Shown piece by piece: positions 30,385-37,740 of a stretch of DNA of 64,000 nucleotides. Source of the stretch: an uncultured Actinomycetes bacterium (GTDB lineage Bacteria > Actinomycetota > Thermoleophilia > RBG-16-64-13); the NCBI GenBank assembly GCA_963706025.1, contig CAVPLM010000003.1, forward strand, positions 768,001 to 832,000, read 5' to 3'. The notes beneath the pieces are model-generated. The model saw only the letters and a list, made by a program, of their open reading frames with translations, ran no database searches and had not been told where the DNA came from. Position 1 is the first letter of the stretch, and every line of letters starts with the position of its first letter. The position numbers and the translations under genes are program-made.

Positions 30385-30691
30385 GGCCCGGCGCAGCGGC
30401 CCCGGCTTCAGGCGCAGGATACGTCCGAGCCTGTCGGGCTTGGCGGGCTTGGCGGCCTTGGCGGCCTTCTTGGCGTTTGCCGACGATTCATTCTCAGGCG
30501 AAATGACTACTGCCCTCCCTCATAGTGCCGACTCCGACTCCGGCCTCGCAGTGGCGACACTCTATCACCCAGGTTTCTCGACGATCTCTATGACGGGGCT
30601 CAGCCCGTAAACCGTTTCTCAGACGGTCCCCTCGTCCCGACGCAGGCGGGACGCGCCGATGCGTCGCCGACGACGAGGGGTCACCTGGATC

Positions 30692-31348
30692 TCACCGACA
30701 GCGAGTGAGCACGATCGTCACCCGTTCGTCGGGCAACGTATCACTCGTCACCTCGAGCATTGATCCCTCGTACCGCTCGACCTTGGCCTGCGTCGCCAGG
30801 AAGGGATCGACCGCGGCTATGGGGAAATCGACGCTGGTGGTCTTATAGTGCATCGGGACCACGATGCGTGGACTCAAAGATTCCACTACCTCGGCTGCCT
30901 GCAGTTGGTCGATGGTGAAGAAGCCTCCCACGGGCACCAGCAGGACGTCCACCCTACCCAGGGCCGCCACCGTAGCCGCGTCAAGAACGTGGCCTAGGTC
31001 GCCCAGGTGGACCAGACGTATGTCCCCATCGTCGAGGATCGCGATGGTGTTCTTCCCCCGATCGCGGCCACCGGCCTCGTCGTGAGCCACGTCGACCCCC
31101 GTGATCGTGAGCGATCCCACCGTCTCGGTGGTGGTGTGCAGGAGCACAAGAGGCTTCCCGGGGATGGTGTCGCAGGCCCCATGGTCATCGTGGTCATGAG
31201 AGGCCACCACCACGTCGGCCGGTTCACCGATCGGAGCATATCCGACCGCCCCACCAAAAGCCCCGTGCCGGTAGGGGTCCAGGATCACCCGGACGCCGTC
31301 CGCCGTCTCGACGAGAAAGGAAGAATGGGCGAAGTACGTGAGTCTCAT
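30692..31348 (-). CDS. MBL-fold metallo-hydrolase
   Basis: HSSFLV, DPY, SHDHDDHG, HLGDLG, PVGG, PMHY; GGAGG RBS. Confidence 0.9.
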   Translation of the reverse strand: MRLTYFAHSSFLVETADGVRVILDPYRHGAFGGAVGYAPIGEPADVVVASHDHDDHGACDTIPGKPLVLLHTTTETVGSLTITGVDVAHDEAGGRDRGKNTIAILDDGDIRLVHLGDLGHVLDAATVAALGRVDVLLVPVGGFFTIDQLQAAEVVESLSPRIVVPMHYKTTSVDFPIAAVDPFLATQAKVERYEGSMLEVTSDTLPDERVTIVLTRCR

Positions 31349-31504
31349 GGCGATCGCCTCCACTCGGTGCTGTGACATCCGCCGATAGGTTCCGTGGCAT
31401 CGGCTGATAGGTTAGCCGATGGGGGTACCGGGTAACAACTTGAACGAGACCTGGCCCGGCACGACATCCTTTCGCCTGATGGTACGGAGGCGACTTGTAT
31501 GCTA

Positions 31505-31524
31505 ATATACCCCCTTGGGTATAT
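31505..31524 (+). promoter_or_regulatory. CsoR/CstR-type operator upstream of trxA
   Basis: ATATACCC-CCTT-GGGTATAT palindrome (TACCC-N4-GGGTA) directly after a TATGCT -10 box. Confidence 0.7.
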
Positions 31525-31637
31525 GGACAGGACTCAAGAAGGATTTGGCGGGCCGGCGCGACGCGTCCTGGGGCCGCCTGGTCGGTTACCATAGCAGCAG
31601 GGCCGGTCGGCCGGCCCACGACAGCAAGGAGAATGAG

Positions 31638-31964
31638 ATGAGTGATGGCATCGTGCAGGAAGTGGACGCTAAGGGGTTCGACGAGGTGGTATCCACGTCC
31701 GCACTCCCTGTGGTGGTCGATTTCTGGGCACCCTGGTGCGGTCCCTGTCGTATGGTGGGCCCGGTCCTGGAGAAGCTGGCTTCCGACCACCCCGACAAGG
31801 TGACCGTCCTCAAAGTGAACGTCGATGTCAACCAAGAGCTGGCGGCGCGCTATGGGATCATGAGCATTCCCACGGTCATCATGTTCGAAGGGGGACAGCT
31901 CAAGACTCAGCTGATCGGGGCCCGCAACCAGAAAGACTACGAAAAGGAATTCGGGCTGGCATAA
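31638..31964 (+). CDS. trxA: Thioredoxin
   Basis: VVDFWAPWCGPC, YGIMSIPT; AAGGAG RBS. Confidence 0.96.
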   Translation: MSDGIVQEVDAKGFDEVVSTSALPVVVDFWAPWCGPCRMVGPVLEKLASDHPDKVTVLKVNVDVNQELAARYGIMSIPTVIMFEGGQLKTQLIGARNQKDYEKEFGLA

Positions 31965-32000
31965 GCCGCAGGCCTGAGCCGCGAAAGTGAGAGACGCTGG

Positions 32001-32357
32001 ATGAGTGATTCTGAAGCGCAACTGGTGTTGGTGGGCTCCAGGCGCATGGATGCCTTGCGGAGGGGCGGTGGCTGACGGCCCTCGCTATCTCTGGAAGAGG
32101 TAGTCGGTTATCTGAACCAGGATCTGGGAGCCCGGATGGGGAACGACGGGCCCCTGCTATACGTCGATGTCGATGACCCCGACCTCGAAGATTTCCCGGC
32201 TCTGGCCGGCGCGGTGGCCGAGGGTGACGGGGCTCCGCTGGTATTGGTGGGAGAAGAGATCAAGACTCCGGCCTCGATCAGTGTGTACTGGATCGAAGAC
32301 CAGCTTGCCGGTCTGGGTGTTGCACCCTTCGCCGACGAAGAGGGAGACGGTGGCTGA
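32001..32357 (+). CDS. Putative selenoprotein with thioredoxin-like (YuzD/DUF1462-like) fold; Sec at TGA 32073
   Basis: ATG 32001 reads MSDSEAQLVLVGSRRMDALRRGGG*RPSLSLEEVVGYLNQDL into the 32136 ORF in frame; hairpin CTATCTCT-GGA-AGAGGTAG at +10. Confidence 0.65.
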
Positions 32358-32587
32358 TGGCTTCGTATGATCTGAGGTGCCGCTCGTGCGGCAAGGACTT
32401 CGAGGTGTTCGTCCGCGGCTTCCTCAAGGACGATGAGAAGGTATGCCCGGACTGCGGCGGGCGCGAGGTGGAGCAGCGTTTCACGGGGTTCGGCGGCGTG
32501 TTGGGTCTGGGTCCGGCGGCTCCGTCGTGCGTCGACACCGGCAGGTGTGAGCCCCAGGGCTGTACACCCAGGTCGGGCTTCAGCTGA
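32357..32587 (+). CDS. FmdB-family zinc-ribbon protein, possibly extended to 32596 via a C-terminal Sec
   Basis: YDLRCRSCGKDFE..CPDCG; ends SGFS-TGA, followed by hairpin GGGGCC-CGTGT-GGCCCC at +11. Confidence 0.85.
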   Translation: MASYDLRCRSCGKDFEVFVRGFLKDDEKVCPDCGGREVEQRFTGFGGVLGLGPAAPSCVDTGRCEPQGCTPRSGFS

Positions 32588-32736
32588 GCGTCGTGACGGG
32601 GCCCGTGTGGCCCCAGATCCAGCCGGCCCGGGCCATGGTTCGAATGTGAGGCGGCCTAGGAGTGCGGGCCGGCGTGCGATAATCGGCACGCTGAGGCAGA
32701 GACCTGAGAGCTCTGTCGTCTACCCAAGGGAGTTGA

Positions 32737-33546
32737 ATGTACCCTGAGCTGTTCAATATCGGCGGGTTCACGATGAACTCGTTCGGGGTGATGATGGCGC
32801 TTTCGTTCATCTCCGCCGGTTTCGTCGCTCATTGGCAGTTCAAGCAGAGAGGCGTCAAGCCTGATTTCATCTACGGACTACTCATCGCGTGCGTCATCGG
32901 GGGTCTTCTCGGCGCCAAGATCCACTATCTGATCCTTCATCCCGCCGAATGGCCGGGAAACCTCCTGAGCGGCGGGGGTCTGGTGTGGTTCGGGGGACTC
33001 TTCGGCGCCATCGTGGCGGTGGTCATTGTCACCCTGCTTTCGAAAGAACGGCTGGCGGCCGTCATGGACTCCGGTGGCCCGGCAGTAGCCGTCGGCTACG
33101 CGGTGGGGCGGATCGGCTGCTTCCTCAGGGGTGACGACTACGGAGTGCCCACCGATCTACCTTGGGGCTTGTCTTTCCCGAAAGGTCTTCCCCCCACCAC
33201 GGTGCAAGTGCATCCTACCCAGCTGTACGAGTCTTTGGCCTCGCTGGTGATCTTCGCCCTCCTCGTGTGGGTCATCAGCCCCCGTTTCAAGCGAGAGGGC
33301 CCCTTGATCTTCGCCTATCTGCTGCTGGCCGGGATCGAGCGGTTCCTGGTGGAGTTCATCCGCACCAACGAGCCGGTGGCGCTGGGGCTCACGCAACAGC
33401 AGTGGATCAGCGTGGCGCTCTTCGCCATCGGCATCGCCGGGATGTGGTACTTCGAGACCTACGGACGGCTCCGTCCGGCGGTGGGCGACCAGGGGAACGT
33501 CGTGCCGGTCGTCGCCCCGGCCTCAAGCGGCCGTAAGGCCAGGTGA
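32737..33546 (+). CDS. lgt: Prolipoprotein diacylglyceryl transferase
   Basis: MYPELF, GGLVWFGG, GRIGCFL.GDDYG, HPTQLYE, RFLVEFIR; extended -10 TGCGATAAT upstream. Confidence 0.93.
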   Translation: MYPELFNIGGFTMNSFGVMMALSFISAGFVAHWQFKQRGVKPDFIYGLLIACVIGGLLGAKIHYLILHPAEWPGNLLSGGGLVWFGGLFGAIVAVVIVTLLSKERLAAVMDSGGPAVAVGYAVGRIGCFLRGDDYGVPTDLPWGLSFPKGLPPTTVQVHPTQLYESLASLVIFALLVWVISPRFKREGPLIFAYLLLAGIERFLVEFIRTNEPVALGLTQQQWISVALFAIGIAGMWYFETYGRLRPAVGDQGNVVPVVAPASSGRKAR

Positions 33547-33550
33547 GGCC

Positions 33551-34084
33551 ATGCGCCGCGCGCCGCGAAGAAACAACGCCCTGATGATCACCGCCGGAAT
33601 GGCGGCGTTCTTTGTGGCCTTGGTCGCGGTCTTGGCCGCCGGGTGCGGTTCCACCGGCACTTCCGCGACCGGCGCCACCGCCCAGGCCGAGGCCGGTTTC
33701 TCTGGCGTCACCCTCGACGGCACGGAGGTCTCTCTGAGCGAGTACCGGGGTAAGCCCCTGGTGTTGGCCTTCATGGCCAGCTGGTGAGGGGCCTGCGGGG
33801 CGGAGGCGCCCGAACTCGATAGGTTCTATCGAGACGAAGCAGAAAGAGCGGGGCTGTTGGTGATAGCCGTGAACGACGGCGAGGACGCCATGCGGGAGTT
33901 CGTTGACCAGGGCGGGTACACGTTCCCGGTGATGCTCGATCCGGACAACCTGGCCGCGGACTACGGGGTACGCGCCATCCCCACCATCGTGGTGCTCGAC
34001 TCCGAAGGCGAGGTCGCCAAGACTGTGGTCGGCGGCGTCACAGCCGAGGAACTGTCGAGCCTGGTGGATGACCTTACCCGCTGA
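33551..34084 (+). CDS. TlpA/ResA-family thiol-disulfide oxidoreductase lipoprotein, selenoprotein (UxxC)
   Basis: Lipobox LAAGC; SLSEYRGKPLVLAFMASW-TGA-GAC-GAEAPEL continues in frame to YGVRAIPT; hairpin GGGCG-GAGG-CGCCC at +11. Confidence 0.88.
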
Positions 34085-34790
34085 CCTCGGTATCACCGCC
34101 TTCCTCGTGGCGTTAGCGGGCGGGGCTGCCAGCTTCCTCAGCCCTTGTGTCCTCCCCCTCCTTCCGGCCTATCTCTCGTTCGTCTCCGGCCTGAGCGTCG
34201 AGGAGTTGCGGGAGGGGGATCGACGAGTGTTCTTGAGCACGCTCGCCTTCGTGCTCGGGTTCTCCGCCGTGTTCACCTTACTGGGGGCGGGTTTCTCCTT
34301 CGCCGGCGTGCTGGTCGCCAACCAACGCTTGCTCCAGATCGTCTCGGGAGCCCTGTTGGTCGTACTCGGGGCTATCATCGCCGGTCTGACAGCGCCCGGC
34401 TTCATGCAGAAGGACGTGCGGCCGCTCCTCGGCAAGGTGCCTCGGGGCCCGACGGGAGCCTTCATCATGGGCGTGGCTTTTGCCTTTGGCTGGACGCCCT
34501 GCGTCGGTCCGGTGCTGGCCTCGATACTGACCATGGCCGCCTCGGGAGGCGACCCGGCGGCTGGAGCAATGCTTCTGTTCGTGTATTCCTTGGGATTGGG
34601 GATACCTTTCTTGTTGGCGGGGTTCTTCGTGGGCCGAGCCTTGCGGGCGTTCTCGCGAGTGCGGAAGCATCTGCGGGTCATCCAGATAATCTGCGGAGTA
34701 ATCCTGGTGCTCTACGGGGCCCTCCTGATCGGAGGGCAGTTCGGCTGGCTGTCGGCGCGGTTGTCCGGCTTGGGTCTTCCCCTTTTCTGA
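34068..34790 (+). CDS. ccdA: Cytochrome c biogenesis/disulfide transporter CcdA
   Basis: SFLSPCVLPLLPAY, FGWTPCVGPVL, YSLGLGIPF. Confidence 0.93.
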   Translation: MTLPADLGITAFLVALAGGAASFLSPCVLPLLPAYLSFVSGLSVEELREGDRRVFLSTLAFVLGFSAVFTLLGAGFSFAGVLVANQRLLQIVSGALLVVLGAIIAGLTAPGFMQKDVRPLLGKVPRGPTGAFIMGVAFAFGWTPCVGPVLASILTMAASGGDPAAGAMLLFVYSLGLGIPFLLAGFFVGRALRAFSRVRKHLRVIQIICGVILVLYGALLIGGQFGWLSARLSGLGLPLF

Positions 34791-35090
34791 CCCATCTCTG
34801 ACCGGGGGGACGATGCCCACCGGCTGCGCCGCGGGCTCCTTCAGGCGGGTCTGACTTGGCGGAAGCTAGGAACTGACTTCCGTTCTTTGGCGTCGTAGGG
34901 GCGACAGGGTAGGGTCACAGCCGACCTGGCCGTGTCACCCTCCTGTCAGTCCGCCGGGGGGGCGTGAGGGCGCTGGTCGCACCTTGGTGCTCCCAGCGCC
35001 CTCGGTGTATACTCCGTTTTTCGCGTTGCCAGCAAGGGGCCGTGGCTTGCAGAAGTCCTGTCCGGCGGCGCGGGTACAATCCCATACTGC

Positions 35091-35139
35091 ACCCCTGCTC
35101 CGGCAGTGAGGCCGGGGCCGCTTGAGACCGTAGGAGGTG
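35091..35139 (+). promoter_or_regulatory. S6:S18 ribosomal protein leader (autoregulatory RNA)
   Basis: CCCCTGCTCCGGC...GCCGGGGCCGCTTGAGACCGTAGGAGGTG: hairpin followed by CCG, with a 5' pyrimidine tract able to pair with the SD; TACAAT -10 at 35075. Confidence 0.7.
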
Positions 35140-35146
35140 ATCTAAG

Positions 35147-35491
35147 CTGAACAGCTATGAGCTGGTTCTTATCCTGCGCGCCGACGTGGAGGATCAAGAA
35201 CGAACCGCGGTGCTCGATCGCACCAAAGAGATCATCACGGGCGACCAAGGCGTCGTCGTGAAGATCGACGAGTGGGGCAAGCGACGTCTTGCCTATGAGA
35301 TCAAGGATGTCTTCGATGGCGTCTACTACATCCTCTATTTCGAGGCGACGCCCAAGACTCTTGACGAGGTGACCCGGGTGCTCGGCATCACCGACAGCGT
35401 GCTGCGATTCATGCCGGTCCGCCACGAGAAGCCTTTCAGCCTCCAGCAGCCCGCGGCTGCGGCTGCTGCATCGGCTGCGGAAGAAGCCTAG
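35147..35491 (+). CDS. rpsF: 30S ribosomal protein S6, CTG start
   Basis: AGGAGGT RBS, then CTG-AAC-AGC-TAT-GAG (MNSYELVLIL); WGKRRLAYEI; in-frame TGA at 35138 excludes earlier starts. Confidence 0.93.
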   Translation: MNSYELVLILRADVEDQERTAVLDRTKEIITGDQGVVVKIDEWGKRRLAYEIKDVFDGVYYILYFEATPKTLDEVTRVLGITDSVLRFMPVRHEKPFSLQQPAAAAAASAAEEA

Positions 35492-35506
35492 TCCAAGGAG
35501 AAGAAG

Positions 35507-35950
35507 ATGGCTCGCGGCATCGCACATGTGACCCTGGTGGGCAACCTGACCCGCGACCCAGAGCTCCGTCAGACTCCGAGTGGTACCTCGGTGTGCCAGC
35601 TGGGAGTGGCGGTCAACTCCTCGTACAAAGACTCGTCCGGCCAATGGATCGAGAAACCCAACTACTTCGATGTGGTCGTCTGGGGGGCACAGGGCGACAA
35701 TTGCGCCAAGTACCTCAGCAAGGGCCGCCAGGTAGCGGTCGACGGCCGCTTGGACCAGCGCAGCTGGGAAGCCCAAGACGGCACGAAGCGCAGCAAGGTG
35801 GAGATCATTGCCGATACGGTCATGTTCATAGGCGGTCAGAACGAGACGCGCGAGCCGGCGTTCCGGGGAGGGGCTCAGCCCTCGCCCGACGCGGCGGCGC
35901 AAGACGACTTTCGTGACATCGATTTCGGGGGCGACGACATTCCCTTCTAG
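35507..35950 (+). CDS. ssb: Single-stranded DNA-binding protein
   Basis: LVGNLTRDPELR, YLSKGRQVAVDGRL, C-terminal DDIPF. Confidence 0.97.
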   Translation: MARGIAHVTLVGNLTRDPELRQTPSGTSVCQLGVAVNSSYKDSSGQWIEKPNYFDVVVWGAQGDNCAKYLSKGRQVAVDGRLDQRSWEAQDGTKRSKVEIIADTVMFIGGQNETREPAFRGGAQPSPDAAAQDDFRDIDFGGDDIPF

Positions 35951-35973
35951 TCGCTCCAAGGAGGTAGGACAAA

Positions 35974-36231
35974 GTGGCGAATCCCAAGAAGCCGCAGCGG
36001 CGCACGCGGCCCACGACCGGCTCGCGGCGGCGTAAGTACTGCTTCTTCTGCAAAGAGGGTGTGGTGGAAGTCGACTACAAAGACTACGGTACGCTCCGCC
36101 GGTTCATGTCTGAGCGAGGCAAGATCCGGTCCCGCCGCACCACCGGTGCGTGCCGGCGGCATCAGCGGCAGGTCGCCGTGGCGATCAAGCGGGCTCGTGA
36201 GGTCGCACTGCTTCCTTACAGTAGCCGGTAG
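35974..36231 (+). CDS. rpsR: 30S ribosomal protein S18 (Zn-binding C+ form)
   Basis: [36 protein letters not shown]. Confidence 0.97.
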   Translation: MANPKKPQRRTRPTTGSRRRKYCFFCKEGVVEVDYKDYGTLRRFMSERGKIRSRRTTGACRRHQRQVAVAIKRAREVALLPYSSR

Positions 36232-36246
36232 AGGGATACTTGGGCC

Positions 36247-37218
36247 GTGAAGGCGCCCTCCCTTGCCCCCTTGGCCAAGGCGACGGCTGCGACCGTCGTC
36301 ATTGGTCTTTGCGTGCTACTTCTCCCGTTCGCGTCGGCGGTCCTGGCCCCCTTTCTGGTCCTCCCACTGGCCCATATTGTGGCCCGCCGGGGCGCGCTGA
36401 ACGGCGCGCTCGTCGCGGTGGTCACCGGGGGATTGGTCTACGTGGTCGGCGGCGTGAGCTCGGCGCTGCTGGTCTTCCTGCTCGTGCTCTGCGTGGGAAT
36501 GATCATGGGCCAGGCGGTGCGCCGGGGGTGGAGCTTCGGGCGGAGCCTGGCTTCTACGGCCGGCGCAGCGCTGGTCGCCTTCGTGCTCTGGGGGGCGGCT
36601 ACGTGGTTGGTTCTGGGTCTCAGCTTGACCCAGTTGCGCGAGAGCGCTTACGCATCCGTCGATGAGACGGCAGCGTTTTATGCTCAGATGGGCGTGGGAG
36701 CGGATACCGCCGATTCCGTCTCTGCACTGCTGCGACAGTTCGTGGACGTCATCCCCTATCTGACCCCGGGGCTCCTGGGCATGGGGGTGATCCTGCTGGC
36801 CGGCTCCTCGCTGGGCTTGGCGTACCTGATCTTCCCGCGGGTGAGGGACAAAGTGGCAGTCGATCTCTCGTTGTCCAAGTTCCGGATGCACTGGGCGGCT
36901 GCCTACGCGTCGATCGCGGGACTGGCTATGCTGGTGTTCGCCCGAGGCGACGGTGGCTGGCAGACCCCGGTGCTGTATGTTGGCATCAACGTCCTCTTGG
37001 TGTCGCAGACACTATTTTTCGTGCAGGGTTTGGCCGTGGTGAGGTGGTTCGTCGTCACCCGCCGGTTGAGCCCGGGCTCAGGGGTGGCCCTGTTCGTAGC
37101 GGCGGTCGTAGGGCAGGTGCTCGTCCACCTGACGGCACTGGCAGGCCTGTTCGACACCTGGTTGGACTATCGCAAGCGTTTTGCGCTCAAGAGCCCCGGT
37201 GCGGGTTCCTTGAGATGA
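36247..37218 (+). CDS. DUF2232 (YybS-like) membrane protein
   Basis: Multi-TM; FFVQGLAV, GLFDTWLDYRKR; canonical position between rpsR and rplI. Confidence 0.85.
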   Translation: MKAPSLAPLAKATAATVVIGLCVLLLPFASAVLAPFLVLPLAHIVARRGALNGALVAVVTGGLVYVVGGVSSALLVFLLVLCVGMIMGQAVRRGWSFGRSLASTAGAALVAFVLWGAATWLVLGLSLTQLRESAYASVDETAAFYAQMGVGADTADSVSALLRQFVDVIPYLTPGLLGMGVILLAGSSLGLAYLIFPRVRDKVAVDLSLSKFRMHWAAAYASIAGLAMLVFARGDGGWQTPVLYVGINVLLVSQTLFFVQGLAVVRWFVVTRRLSPGSGVALFVAAVVGQVLVHLTALAGLFDTWLDYRKRFALKSPGAGSLR

Positions 37219-37237
37219 CATCGACAAGGAGTGAGAT

Positions 37238-37699
37238 ATGGAGATAATCCTTTTGCAGGACGTTGAGAAGCTGGGCCAGAAGGGCGAAGTGGCGCACGTG
37301 TCGGACGGCTACGCCCGCAATTACCTTTTCCCCCGCAAGCTGGCGGAGATGGCGACCCCGGCTCGTATCGCCGTCGTGCGGCAGATCATGGAAGAGAAGG
37401 CAGCCCATGCCCGGCGCGAAGCCGAGAAGGCCGACGAGACGAGGGACCTCCTTTCCAAGACCGTTCTCACCATCCCCGCACCCGTGGGATCGGGCGAGCG
37501 GCTCTTCGGCTCGGTGACCAACCAGGACATCGCCAACGCGATATACACCGCCCGGAAGATCCGGGTGGACAAGCGCAACGTTGCTCTGGAAGAGCCCATC
37601 AAGACCGTGGGGACATTCATGGTGAAGGTAGACGTCCACAGCAGCGTGGAGCCGGCTGAAGTCAAGGTCATCGTGGTACCGGAGGAACACAAGGCCTAG
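37238..37699 (+). CDS. rplI: 50S ribosomal protein L9
   Basis: MEIILLQDVEKLGQKGE, GYARNYLFP, LFGSVT, PIKTVG. Confidence 0.97.
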   Translation: MEIILLQDVEKLGQKGEVAHVSDGYARNYLFPRKLAEMATPARIAVVRQIMEEKAAHARREAEKADETRDLLSKTVLTIPAPVGSGERLFGSVTNQDIANAIYTARKIRVDKRNVALEEPIKTVGTFMVKVDVHSSVEPAEVKVIVVPEEHKA

Positions 37700-37740
37700 T
37701 CGGGCATTCGTCCCCCGAAGGAAGAGGGGCACATGTGGAG

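Noticed and set aside
34788-34830. Sec read-through at the ccdA TGA and other ordinary TGA stops
   Set aside because: The proteins are complete at these stops and no redox-motif context supports recoding
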